Origin: an uncultured delta proteobacterium
Lineage (GTDB): Bacteria > Desulfobacterota > Desulfuromonadia > Desulfuromonadales > BM103
Direction of reading: 5' to 3'
DNA: 64,000 nt
NCBI GenBank assembly: GCA_963715335.1
Contig: CAVQRZ010000001.1
Coordinates: 192,001 to 256,000 of the forward strand
The translations under genes and the position numbers were made by a program. Of the stretch, positions 29,872 through 39,833 are shown piece after piece; the stretch's first letter is position 1; every line of letters begins with the position of its first letter. The notes below the pieces were generated by a model. The model searched no databases. It had not been told where the DNA came from and saw only the letters and a program-made list of their open reading frames with translations.

Positions 29872-32186
29872 TCTCGCCACTCCTCGACCGGATCGAGAAT
29901 TTCATCTTCGGCACACGCCCACTGATCATCGGCGTCTTCGTTGCGATTACCGTAATCATGGGCTACGGCCTGACCAGACTGCATGTCGACGCGGGCTTTT
30001 CCAAGCACCTGCCGCTGCAGCACGAATACATGCAGACCTTCATGGAGTATCGCAGCGAGTTCGGCGGGGCCAACCGCGTCCTGGTCGCCCTGCGGGCCCG
30101 TGACGGCGACATGTTCACACCGGAATTTTTCAACGCATTGCGCCAGGCGACCGACGAAGTCTTTTTCATCGACGGCGTCGACCGCAGCCGAGTCAGTTCG
30201 CTCTTTACCCCGAACGTGCGATTCACCGAGGTCGTCGAAGACGGTATCGCCGGCGGCAACGTGGTTCCGGCGGACTTCCAGCCAACCACGGAAGGGCTTG
30301 AACAGGTCCGCAAGAATATCCTCAAGTCCGGGATCGTTGGCCGCCTGGTCGCCAATGACTTTTCTGCAGCGATCATCAGCGCCCAACTGATTGAAACGGA
30401 CCCGCAAACCGGCAAGAGGATAGATTTCATCGAAGTCGGTCATCAGCTCGAGGCGCTGCGTGACAAGTTTGAAAATGACCTCATTGAGGTCAACATCATC
30501 GGCTATGCCAAGGTGATCTCCGATATTGCCGATGGTGCAAAGCGGGTGATCCTCTTCTTCGTCGGCGCCTTCTTCATCAGCGGCGGTCTGGTTTACAGCT
30601 TCACGCGCTCACACCGGGTTACGGCCATGGCCATAGTCTGTTCACTGATTGCCGTGATCTGGCAACTCGGTCTGCTCTCCCTGCTCGGCTTCGGTATCGA
30701 CCCGATGGGGATTCTGGTGCCGTTTCTGATCTTTGCCATAGCGATCAGTCACGGTGTACAGATGGTCACGGCCAACCGGGCTGCCATTTTCGAGGGCGAG
30801 GATGGTCTCACCGCCGCACGCAAAAGCTTCCGCAGGCTTCTCCTGCCCGGTGGCGTCGCCCTGATCTCCGACACGATCGGCTTTATCACCATCATGCTGA
30901 TCGATATCGAGGTTATCCAGCAAATGGCGATCACCGCCAGCCTCGGTGTGGCGACCATCATTTTCACCAATCTCATCCTTTTGCCCATCCTGCTCTCCTA
31001 TATCGGTTTCCCGGCCGACTACCGGCAACGCCTGCACGACAGGATTGAGCGCATGGACCGGTTCTGGATGCGGGTTGCACTGATTGCCAAACCATGGCCG
31101 GCGGCTGCCCTTATCGTTGTCGCGGTGATACTGCTGGTTTTCGGTGCCAAACGCGGCAGCGAAATCGAGATCGGCGATTTGCATCAGGGGGTTCCCGAAC
31201 TGCGCCCGTCTTCGCGTTACAACCAGGACAGCAAGGCGATCACCGAGCACTTCTCGATCGGCGTCGACGTCCTGAACGTGATCGTCGAAACCGTTCCGAA
31301 CGGCTGTATCGAATACGCCGTGATGGAAAACATCGACCGGTTCGCCTGGCAATTGACGAATACCGCAGGGGTCCAGTCGGTAATCGCCCTGCCCGAGATT
31401 GCCAAGGTGATCAATTCCGGCTGGAGCGAGGGCGCGCTCAAGTGGCGGGTCCTGCCCCGCAACCGGCAGGTTCTGGTTGAAGCGGTCCAATATGTACCGA
31501 CCAGCAGCGGCCTGCTCAATGCCGACTGCTCAACGATGCCGGTCATGATCTTCACCCGGGACCACAAAGCCGAAACCATTGCCCACGTGGTGGATACGAT
31601 CAAGGCCTACCAGAAGGAGAACGGCACGGACCAGATCAGGTTCCGCCTGGCAACCGGCAACATCGGCGTCATGGCCGCAACCAATGAAGAAGTCTCTTCG
31701 GCGCAGTTCCCGATTCTGATTTATGTCTTCGCCGCGATTATTATCCTCTGCCTGCTGACCTTCCGCTCAGTCAGGGCCACCCTGGCCATCACCCTGCCTC
31801 TCGGGCTGGTTTCTCTGCTGGCCTACGCCCTGATGACCCAGCTGGAGATAGGGCTCAAGGTGTCCACCTTGCCGGTGGTGGCGCTGGGGGTCGGGATCGG
31901 TGTCGATTACGGAATCTATATTTACAGTCGCTTCCAGTCGCACCTTGATGAGGGGATGACCATCTACCAGGCCTACCATGAAACACTCAAGGTCACCGGC
32001 AACGGTGTCCTGGTGACCGGTGTCACCCTGGCGATCGGCACGGCGACCTGGATATTCTCTCCCCTGCAGTTCCAGGCCGATATGGGGATATTGCTGACCT
32101 TCATGTTCCTGCTGAACATGCTCGGCGCCCTGCTCCTGCTCCCTGCCCTGGCAAGCTGGCTGCTCAGGATCACCAGGCGCAGCTGA
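29868..32186 (+). CDS. RND/MMPL-family inner membrane transporter
   Basis: Two repeats of periplasmic domain plus TM bundle; AIAISHGVQ, GIGVDYGIY. Confidence 0.9.
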   Translation: MISPLLDRIENFIFGTRPLIIGVFVAITVIMGYGLTRLHVDAGFSKHLPLQHEYMQTFMEYRSEFGGANRVLVALRARDGDMFTPEFFNALRQATDEVFFIDGVDRSRVSSLFTPNVRFTEVVEDGIAGGNVVPADFQPTTEGLEQVRKNILKSGIVGRLVANDFSAAIISAQLIETDPQTGKRIDFIEVGHQLEALRDKFENDLIEVNIIGYAKVISDIADGAKRVILFFVGAFFISGGLVYSFTRSHRVTAMAIVCSLIAVIWQLGLLSLLGFGIDPMGILVPFLIFAIAISHGVQMVTANRAAIFEGEDGLTAARKSFRRLLLPGGVALISDTIGFITIMLIDIEVIQQMAITASLGVATIIFTNLILLPILLSYIGFPADYRQRLHDRIERMDRFWMRVALIAKPWPAAALIVVAVILLVFGAKRGSEIEIGDLHQGVPELRPSSRYNQDSKAITEHFSIGVDVLNVIVETVPNGCIEYAVMENIDRFAWQLTNTAGVQSVIALPEIAKVINSGWSEGALKWRVLPRNRQVLVEAVQYVPTSSGLLNADCSTMPVMIFTRDHKAETIAHVVDTIKAYQKENGTDQIRFRLATGNIGVMAATNEEVSSAQFPILIYVFAAIIILCLLTFRSVRATLAITLPLGLVSLLAYALMTQLEIGLKVSTLPVVALGVGIGVDYGIYIYSRFQSHLDEGMTIYQAYHETLKVTGNGVLVTGVTLAIGTATWIFSPLQFQADMGILLTFMFLLNMLGALLLLPALASWLLRITRRS

Positions 32187-32210
32187 TTGAAATGTTTTTA
32201 CTTTGACCGG

Positions 32211-34133
32211 ATGGAACGGATGACCCCTACAAGCGGCTGGCAACCTCATGCAGAATCGGTGATTGCCGCGATCATGGATACCTGTCGCAGGTTCGCCGAA
32301 CGACCGGCTTTCATCTACCGGGTCGGCAACCAGGAACTGACTGTCGATTATGCCAAGCTGCGGGAGGACGTCATCCTCCTGGCCAGGGCTTTTGAAGATC
32401 GGAAAATCACTCGCGGCAGCCGCGTCCTGCTGCTCTCAGATAACCGTTACGCCTGGATCGTCACCGACCTTGCACTCATGGCCCTCGGTGCCGTCAGCAT
32501 TCCCCGCGGCAGTGAAACACCGACCCAGGAGCTTGAATACATCCTCGATCATGCCGAGTGCGCATTCATAGTCATCGAAACTGACATACTGCTTAACCGT
32601 CACCAGGACATGCTCAGCGCCCGCAAGGAGATAAAAACCGTCTTCCTGGTCGAAGGCAGCGACAAACACACCTTGTTCAGCCGCATCTACGCCTACAATG
32701 ATATCCTCAAGAATCGTACCCTGAGCCATGAAGATTTCGACCGCTTTGACCGTATGGTGTCAGAGATAACACAACACGATCTGGTCACGATTATTTACAC
32801 TTCGGGAACAACCGGCAATCCCAAGGGAGTGATGCTGAGCCACCGGAACATCCTGTTCAATACCGAGACCCTGCCACCGATAGTTGCCCTGTCGGAACAG
32901 GATCTCTGGGTCTCCATTCTGCCAAGCTGGCATATTTTCGAAAGGGCCCTGGAACTGCTCGCGCTGAGCTGCGGCAGCTGCATTGTCTACTCCAACCTGA
33001 AGACCTTCGCCAATGACCTGGTAAACTACCGGCCGACCCTGGTGGCAACCGTGCCGAGGCTTTGGGAGTCCCTCTACAACAAGGTCATTGCGACCGTCGC
33101 GCAACGTGGCAGACGTGCCCGGACTGTCTTCAACCTGTTGATCAGGATTTCAGTTCGTTATCGCCGCGCGCAACGTCAGCTGCGTGGTCACCTGCCGCGC
33201 TTTTCGGAGCTCAGCCGGACGGCCCGGTTCGCTGAAAAGCTTCAGGCTCTTATCTTGCTGGCATTATTGTTTCTCCCCTTCATGCTGGCACAGAAGAAAC
33301 TGGCCCCGTTAAATGAGAAGTTCGGTGGCCGACTGAGGATGGCCGTGAGCGGCGGTGGAACACTCCCCGGTTACCTGGAAAACTGGATCGATGCGATCGG
33401 CATCCGCATTGCCAACGCCTACGGCATGACTGAATGCGCCCCGGCTATCGCCGGGCGCGGTTACAACAGCGAGATCTACGGCACCCTGGGTCGGCCGATT
33501 GCCGTGACTGAACTTCGCCTGGTCGATGATCATGGCCGGGAGGTTGAGCCGGGAGTAGAGGGAGAAATCGAAGTCCGCGGGCCACAGGTTTTCAGAGGCT
33601 ATTACAATAACGACGAAGAGAATCGCAAAGCCTTTACCGCCGATGGGTTCTTTCGCACCGGGGATCTTGGCAAACAGACGGTTGGCGGCGAACTGATTCT
33701 GACCGGCCGCTCCAAGGAAATCATCGTTCTCGCCAGCGGTGAAAATATTGACCCGTCCCGCATCGAGGGAGCGATCGGCCAGCTGCCTTTCGTCAATGAT
33801 GCTGTGCTGGTTGGCCAGGACCGCAAGGGCCTGGCCGCCCTGATCGTGCCGGATTGGGACAAGTTGAAAGACTTTGTTGCAGAACGCTTCAACCACATAT
33901 CGGAAAAGACCGAAGACCTGCAGATGGACACGGCCCTGCGCGACCGGATCAAAAATGAGATCAACCGGATATTACAGCCGAGAAACGGTTTCAAACCCTA
34001 CGAAAAGTTGCAGAAGATCGATTTTCTTCGCCACGAGTTCAAAGTCGGCGAAGAATTGACCAACACCTTCAAGAAGCGTCGTCACATCATCGAAAGGAAA
34101 TACCGGGAGCTGATTGACCGGTTATTTAAATAA
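32211..34133 (+). CDS. Long-chain fatty acid-CoA ligase (AMP-binding)
   Basis: IYTSGTTGNPKGVMLSH, AYGMTE, FRTGDLG, GENIDP; start uncertain (32187-32220). Confidence 0.9.
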   Translation: MERMTPTSGWQPHAESVIAAIMDTCRRFAERPAFIYRVGNQELTVDYAKLREDVILLARAFEDRKITRGSRVLLLSDNRYAWIVTDLALMALGAVSIPRGSETPTQELEYILDHAECAFIVIETDILLNRHQDMLSARKEIKTVFLVEGSDKHTLFSRIYAYNDILKNRTLSHEDFDRFDRMVSEITQHDLVTIIYTSGTTGNPKGVMLSHRNILFNTETLPPIVALSEQDLWVSILPSWHIFERALELLALSCGSCIVYSNLKTFANDLVNYRPTLVATVPRLWESLYNKVIATVAQRGRRARTVFNLLIRISVRYRRAQRQLRGHLPRFSELSRTARFAEKLQALILLALLFLPFMLAQKKLAPLNEKFGGRLRMAVSGGGTLPGYLENWIDAIGIRIANAYGMTECAPAIAGRGYNSEIYGTLGRPIAVTELRLVDDHGREVEPGVEGEIEVRGPQVFRGYYNNDEENRKAFTADGFFRTGDLGKQTVGGELILTGRSKEIIVLASGENIDPSRIEGAIGQLPFVNDAVLVGQDRKGLAALIVPDWDKLKDFVAERFNHISEKTEDLQMDTALRDRIKNEINRILQPRNGFKPYEKLQKIDFLRHEFKVGEELTNTFKKRRHIIERKYRELIDRLFK

Positions 34134-34238
34134 TCGCGTTGCCTGCAGAAGCTGATCGCGAAGACTGTGTTGCTAAAGATCCGAGTCTGATCGTTGACGA
34201 GGACAGGTCAGTCCAATGATCTGACTGATTCGGGTCGA

Positions 34239-35513
34239 TCAGGCGTCATACCACTCACAGAGCGTTCCGAGGTAGCGCGAACCGATCTGTTCGCTCGCCA
34301 GGGTCCGTTTGACCGGCGGCAGCTTCAGGATAACCCCCAGCATTGCCGCCAGGGCACGATGACTCCAGAGCAGCTGGTTATCAAAAATCAGGTTCTGCAG
34401 TTTGCCCCTCTCAATCGCCATCAACACCGCCTTGTGCGTCGAGTTGACCGGGGTGAGCACGCGTTTCTCCCGTGGCGGCAGGGTCAGAGCATTGATCCTG
34501 CAGTTGCGGACACAGACCCCACAGCCCAGGCATAGCTCTTCGTCGATCACCGCCCGTTTGCGTCCCGTGCCATCCGCCTGTTCGGTTTCCAGCGAGATGA
34601 CCCGAACCGGACAGACGTTCAGACAAAGACCGCAGCCGCTGCAATGTTCTGCCACCCTGGCAATGAAATTGCTCGTGTGCACCGGATGCTCGTGACCGAA
34701 ACGCTGTGCGGCTATCATCGCCTCGCAGCAACAGGGGCAGCAGTTACAGATAAAGCTTACGCTATTCTGGACATTTTCACCGAACTGCACCAGGTTCTGC
34801 TCCCACGCCTTATGCAAAAGCTCTTTGCATTCGCTCCGCTCAACCCGCCGGGCAGATTCGCTGCGGATCAGCGACGTCGCAACGGTATTGAACGTCATGC
34901 AGATATCCATTTCGGCATTGCACGCCTTGCCCTGATGCTGGCGCTTGTGTCGACAATAGCAGAGACCGATACCGATATCTTCGGCGGTTTCGATCACCTC
35001 CGTCGCCCTTTCATAGTCAAGGACATGCAGGGCGTGCTCGCTACAGACAGATTCCTCGAGCACAAAAACCCGTCCCAGCTGGGTTTTGCCGGACAAAAAA
35101 AGCTGTCGGATAAAATCGTCTTCGACGGTAATGTACTGCTCGTAGAGTTCACTGAGCAGTTTTTGATCGATATCCCCCCGGGTGCGCATCAGGGCGAATT
35201 CGAAAAAGCCGGCCATGGGCGGCGGGATGACATACTCGGTTTTGTCATTGCCCTTGATGTCAACCAGCAGGGCGCGGCCGGCGAGGCGTTGCAGGGTCTT
35301 TTCCGCCTCGGCAACCGGCACCTTCCAGTTTCTGGCCGCAAGCTCGGCGGTAAACGGTTTGATCGGTAAGCCGGCAACCAGTTCGGCTTCTTCTGTGGAA
35401 AAGAGTAATGCGAGAATCTGGTAAAGCAGTTCGGAGGGCGGCGCCCCCTGCGGGAAAAGATTCAGACGGGTGGTAAGTTTTTCGTAACTCGATCGAGGCG
35501 TGCGATGGGCCAT
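34239..35513 (-). CDS. Uncharacterised multi-Fe-S protein with 4Fe-4S dicluster domain
   Basis: CYCRH, ICNCCPCCCE, CSGCGLCLNVCP, CLGCGVCVRNC. Confidence 0.85.
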   Translation of the reverse strand: MAHRTPRSSYEKLTTRLNLFPQGAPPSELLYQILALLFSTEEAELVAGLPIKPFTAELAARNWKVPVAEAEKTLQRLAGRALLVDIKGNDKTEYVIPPPMAGFFEFALMRTRGDIDQKLLSELYEQYITVEDDFIRQLFLSGKTQLGRVFVLEESVCSEHALHVLDYERATEVIETAEDIGIGLCYCRHKRQHQGKACNAEMDICMTFNTVATSLIRSESARRVERSECKELLHKAWEQNLVQFGENVQNSVSFICNCCPCCCEAMIAAQRFGHEHPVHTSNFIARVAEHCSGCGLCLNVCPVRVISLETEQADGTGRKRAVIDEELCLGCGVCVRNCRINALTLPPREKRVLTPVNSTHKAVLMAIERGKLQNLIFDNQLLWSHRALAAMLGVILKLPPVKRTLASEQIGSRYLGTLCEWYDA

Positions 35514-35547
35514 CGGGGACCTCCGCCCTGGGATTCATGGAAGAGGG

Positions 35548-36603
35548 TCAGGCTGACATAACGGCGTTCCGCGTGGATTCCTTGACCCGGTACATTGCCT
35601 GGTCGGCGAGACGGATCAGGCCATCTTTCGAATCCGCATCATCGGGGAAAGTGGCAATGCCAAAGCTGGCTGTCAATCGGAAAGAAACATCATGGTCATC
35701 GAGGAAGTCGTATGCGCGGAACAGCTCGCAGAGCTTGGTTGCCAGCGTCACGGCGCCGCGCTTGCCGGTGTTTGGCAGGACGATGACAAACTCGTCACCA
35801 CCGTAACGGGCAGCCTTGCAAATCTTGCGGATGTTGTCCTTGATCAACTTGCCGACTTCGCTGAGGGTGCGGCTGCCCACCATGTGCCCGCAGGTGTCAT
35901 TAACTTTTTTGAAGAAATCGAGGTCTATGAAGATCAGGGACAGCTTGCCACCAAAGCGACGCACCCTCTCTATTTCCTCGTCGATCAGGGTGTGCAGATA
36001 CCGGCCGTTGTAGAGCCCGGTCAAATCGTCAGTGATGACCAGCTCACTGACCCGCATGAAATTACGTGCGTTCTCGATGGCGATCGCCGCGTAATCGGCT
36101 ATGGTGGAAAGAATCTGCAGGTCTGCATCCCTGAAAATCCTTTCATTTGGTCCGTTTACCAGTTCAATAACGCCGAGAATTCGGTCCTTGCTGCGAACCG
36201 GTACGCAGAGAACTGACTGGGTGATAAATGAAGACGCCCTGTCAAACTGATCGGAAAAACGCTCATCTTCATTGACGTCGCCGATCATCAGGGGTTCGCC
36301 ATGCTCGGCGACCCAACCGGCGATGCCATGGCCCGCGGCGACCTTCATTCCCTTGAGCTTTTCCGCCGCCGGAGAAACCGCTATTTCAAAGGTCAGGTCT
36401 CCCGTTTCCTCATCCCGCAGCATCAGCGACCAGGCCTGAGTGTGAAGCAGGCGGCTGACATGATTCATGATCACGGCCAGGATGTCTTTCAGATCGACAG
36501 TCGACGTCAGAGCCTTGCCGATCTCGATCAGAACTTCAAGCTCACGGTTGCGCCGTTCCAGCGTTTTCAATAGATGGACGTCAGTAGACAATGCGATCCC
36601 CAA
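35548..36603 (-). CDS. GAF-sensor diguanylate cyclase
   Basis: GAF (GIAGWVA, SVLCVPV), DDLTGLYN, DLDFFKKVND, RYGGDEF intact. Confidence 0.92.
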   Translation of the reverse strand: MGIALSTDVHLLKTLERRNRELEVLIEIGKALTSTVDLKDILAVIMNHVSRLLHTQAWSLMLRDEETGDLTFEIAVSPAAEKLKGMKVAAGHGIAGWVAEHGEPLMIGDVNEDERFSDQFDRASSFITQSVLCVPVRSKDRILGVIELVNGPNERIFRDADLQILSTIADYAAIAIENARNFMRVSELVITDDLTGLYNGRYLHTLIDEEIERVRRFGGKLSLIFIDLDFFKKVNDTCGHMVGSRTLSEVGKLIKDNIRKICKAARYGGDEFVIVLPNTGKRGAVTLATKLCELFRAYDFLDDHDVSFRLTASFGIATFPDDADSKDGLIRLADQAMYRVKESTRNAVMSA

Positions 36604-36780
36604 GTATCGATTGAAATCCGAACTCTATCATTCACAATTAACTGTCGCAATCTAGCATATTTTTCAAGCAAGGTCACGTACTTCGAGCGATAACTCGAAA
36701 CATCGATCCTTCTGCACAAAAAATGCAAAGCTCAATCACTCTGATATACTGGTTTTATTAAAAACAACAAATGGTTAGTC

Positions 36781-37125
36781 ATGACAGACGGATTGCTGGA
36801 AAACATAATTCATCTGGAAAAACAGATTCAGGCCAACGTCGCCGCAGAGCAGGTTCGTGCCGGGCAATGGCAGGAGCATGAACTGGCAGCCCTCGAAAGC
36901 TCGCTGGCCGAAGCACGAGCCGCAACCGGAGAGCAGCGCGCGCAGGTTCTGGCTGAGGAAAAAGCCGAGCTTCTGGGCGAAGGGGCGGACATCGAGGCTG
37001 CCGCAACAGATTGGTGCCAACGTCTGGCAAAGCTGGACGACGCGGCGTTAGCAGAAGTTTTGAAGCGGCATCTGGCAGGGGTACTGCCGGGGGGTGATTA
37101 TGATCATCCGCATGGCCAAAGTTGA
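36781..37125 (+). CDS. Probable V/A-type ATPase peripheral stalk subunit (G/H-like)
   Basis: 114-aa Glu/Ala-rich coiled coil, first gene of the operon, overlaps subunit I. Confidence 0.6.
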   Translation: MTDGLLENIIHLEKQIQANVAAEQVRAGQWQEHELAALESSLAEARAATGEQRAQVLAEEKAELLGEGADIEAAATDWCQRLAKLDDAALAEVLKRHLAGVLPGGDYDHPHGQS

Positions 37126-38986
37126 GATCGTCGGCCCCAAACAGGACCTTTTGAACACCCTTGACCTCCTCCATAACCGGGGGATCTTCCAGCCTGACCC
37201 GCAGCTCATGGAGCAGGTCGTGCTGGCCGAAGATGATCGACTGCAGAGCCTGGTCCTCGATGAGAATGAACTGCGTGAGCGCAGTTTTTTTCAGGGTCTG
37301 CAGGAGCGCGTCAGCAGTCTCCTGGAACTTCTCCCGGAAGTCGGCAACGGCAGCTCGTCATTGCAGCCCTTGCCGGTCATGGCCCTGCTCGATGAACTCG
37401 TCGATCAACATCTTGCCACGGTCCGGGACCAGGTCGAGATACTCAATGAATGTCGCAGAAATGCCGAAGACCTCCAGCACGACCTGAGTTTCTGGGAAGC
37501 CCTCGAACCGTTACTGGAAGATCTGCCGAAAAATTCCAACCTGGAGCTTTTCGGGGTGACGATTCGCGATGCCCGCCAGCTGCATAATCTGGAGAGCCTG
37601 CTGCAGGAGCGCACCCGGGGGAGGTGTCATATCAGCAGCACCGCGACTGCGGACGGCACTCTGATCGGACTGATTGCGACGGATAGAGGGACGGCTGACA
37701 ACCTGCGTGAGGCCCTTACTGCGGAAAGAGTCCCGGAGCTTCCCATTCCTGAAGAGCTTGCCGGCCTGCCCCTGGCGCAGCGCATCGCGGCACTGCATGA
37801 CCAGGTGAAGACACAACTGGGCAAATGCAACCAGCTCGAGGGACGGCTGATGGAAATGTCACGCCGCTGGCGGCCAATATACCGTCAGGCCCTGGCCTGG
37901 CTCGAAGAACGACTGGCCCTTTACCGTGCCACGGCGACAGCTTACACCACCCGGCTCTGCTTCATCGTCCAGGGCTGGATGGCCAATGATGAAGTCGACA
38001 GCCTGCATGACGATCTGAATCGTTCTTTTGCCGGCCGGGTTGTGCTTGAGCAACAGTCGATCCTCGAGGAAGATCTCGACCAGGTCCCGGTTATGTTGCG
38101 CAACCCCGGCTATTTTGCGCCGTTTGAAATCCTGTCGCGCCTGCTGCCCTTGCCGAAATATTCATCCTACGACCCGACCCCCCTGATCGGCCTGTTCTTC
38201 CCTGTCCTGTTCGGCATGATCCTGGGCGACATCGGCTACGGCACGATCCTGATACTGCTGGCATTCTTTCTGGCCAGGCACTTTCCTGCCCATACGCTGG
38301 CCAGTGATCTTGGCAAAGTTCTGGGGATTGCCGCTCTTTACACGCTGGTTTTCGGGGTTCTTTACGGTGAATTTTTCGGCGACCTCGGCGAAACCTGGCT
38401 GGGCTTGCATCCGGTCTGGTTCGATCGCGGCAAGGCCGTGGTACCGATGATCGTCTTTTCGCTGACGGTCGGCGTTGTACACATCCTGCTCGGCATAACC
38501 CTTGGAGCACTGACGGAGCTGCGCCGTCACCAGCCACGCAAGGCGCTGCTCAAGTTGGCCATGCTGGTTGCCGTGATCCTGATAGTTTTGGCACTGGTCG
38601 GTTGGTTCTACCCGCAATCCTGGCTGTCCACCGGACCCCTGCTGATCGGCGTAGGCATCCTGATGCCGGTTCTGATCGCTGCAGAGGGATTGCTGGCGCC
38701 ACTTGAACTGCTTAAAACCATGGGCAATATCATTTCCTACGTCCGGATCATGGCGATCGGCTTCAGCTCGATTCTGCTCGCCATGGTTGCCAACCGACTG
38801 GGCGGCATGACCGGCGACATCATGGTTGGCATCCTGGTTGGCGGGACCCTGCACGCGTTCAACCTGCTGCTCGGGGTTTTCGCCCCCACGGTGCATTCGT
38901 TACGTCTGCATTACGTGGAGTTCTTCAGCAAGTTTCTCGACCTGGGTGGACGTCGCTTCGAGCCCTGGCAGAAACGTCGTCCCTGA
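37100..38986 (+). CDS. ntpI: V/A-type ATPase subunit I (a)
   Basis: YDPTP, FGMILGDIGYG, ISYVRIMAIG (essential Arg), HSLRLHYVEFFSKF. Confidence 0.93.
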   Translation: MIIRMAKVEIVGPKQDLLNTLDLLHNRGIFQPDPQLMEQVVLAEDDRLQSLVLDENELRERSFFQGLQERVSSLLELLPEVGNGSSSLQPLPVMALLDELVDQHLATVRDQVEILNECRRNAEDLQHDLSFWEALEPLLEDLPKNSNLELFGVTIRDARQLHNLESLLQERTRGRCHISSTATADGTLIGLIATDRGTADNLREALTAERVPELPIPEELAGLPLAQRIAALHDQVKTQLGKCNQLEGRLMEMSRRWRPIYRQALAWLEERLALYRATATAYTTRLCFIVQGWMANDEVDSLHDDLNRSFAGRVVLEQQSILEEDLDQVPVMLRNPGYFAPFEILSRLLPLPKYSSYDPTPLIGLFFPVLFGMILGDIGYGTILILLAFFLARHFPAHTLASDLGKVLGIAALYTLVFGVLYGEFFGDLGETWLGLHPVWFDRGKAVVPMIVFSLTVGVVHILLGITLGALTELRRHQPRKALLKLAMLVAVILIVLALVGWFYPQSWLSTGPLLIGVGILMPVLIAAEGLLAPLELLKTMGNIISYVRIMAIGFSSILLAMVANRLGGMTGDIMVGILVGGTLHAFNLLLGVFAPTVHSLRLHYVEFFSKFLDLGGRRFEPWQKRRP

Positions 38987-39014
38987 ACAGGCGACATGGC
39001 ACAAGGAGGTGCAC

Positions 39015-39230
39015 ATGGAAAAAGTCTGGATCGCATTTGCCGCCGCACTCGCCGTAGGCATCCCTGCCCTGGCCACGGCTTGGGCGCAGTCGCGGATCGG
39101 CGCTGCAGGAGCCGGTACTCTGGCGGAAAAGCCTGAATTGACCGGCGCAATCATCATCCTGGTCGCCATTCCTGAAACCATGGTGATTCTCGGCTTCGTG
39201 GTCGCCGCAATGATCCTGCTGATGTTGTAG
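39015..39230 (+). CDS. ntpK: V/A-type ATPase subunit K (c, single hairpin proteolipid)
   Basis: AGGAGG RBS; AQSRIGAAGAG...AEKPE...IPETMVILGF. Confidence 0.93.
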   Translation: MEKVWIAFAAALAVGIPALATAWAQSRIGAAGAGTLAEKPELTGAIIILVAIPETMVILGFVVAAMILLML

Positions 39231-39233
39231 ATC

Positions 39234-39833
39234 ATGGGCGAATCAGAGCTGAAAATGGCCCTGCAGCATGAAGGTGAGGCGCGCGCCCGTGAATACTGGC
39301 AGCAAGCCGAACTGGCTGTCGCAAAACGCCGTCAGGAGATCGAGGCTGAACTTGAGCATCTGCGCGATGAAACCGGGCGTTCACTGCAGGCAGAAGCTGC
39401 AACCCTGCGGAACAAGCTGCTTTTCGAGGCACGGGCGAGAGCCACGGCAGACAGGCTCCGGGCGGAGGCGGCCATGGAGTTGCGCCTGCTGGAGATGGCA
39501 GGCCGGGTTCTGGGTGAAATGATCGACGGTTCCCGCCAGGAGCTGTGGCAAGCCCTTTGCGGTGAGCTGCCGAAATATCGATGGATGAAGGTCAAAGTCC
39601 ATCCGCAAGACCTGGAGCTCGCCCGAGAAGCATTCCCGACTGCAGCGGTTGACTGTGACGAGGCCGTCGGTGGAGGACTGATAGCGAGCGATGCGGAGGG
39701 CACGATCCGCGTCGACAACTCCCTCTCTTGCCGAGTGATGCGGGCCTGGCCAGAGCTTCTGCCGAACCTGATGAAGGATCTTCGCGAACGGGTGGACAAC
39801 GATGCAACTTCTGGCAACGACTCGACCTGCTGA
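39234..39833 (+). CDS. ntpE: V/A-type ATPase subunit E
   Basis: N-terminal coiled coil, VHPQD, GGLIA..G.IRVDNSL. Confidence 0.85.
   Translation: MGESELKMALQHEGEARAREYWQQAELAVAKRRQEIEAELEHLRDETGRSLQAEAATLRNKLLFEARARATADRLRAEAAMELRLLEMAGRVLGEMIDGSRQELWQALCGELPKYRWMKVKVHPQDLELAREAFPTAAVDCDEAVGGGLIASDAEGTIRVDNSLSCRVMRAWPELLPNLMKDLRERVDNDATSGNDSTC

Noticed and set aside
36682..36699. TTCGAG-N6-CTCGAA palindrome between the cyclase and V-ATPase
   Set aside because: Only 6-bp arms; cannot be distinguished from chance without comparative data
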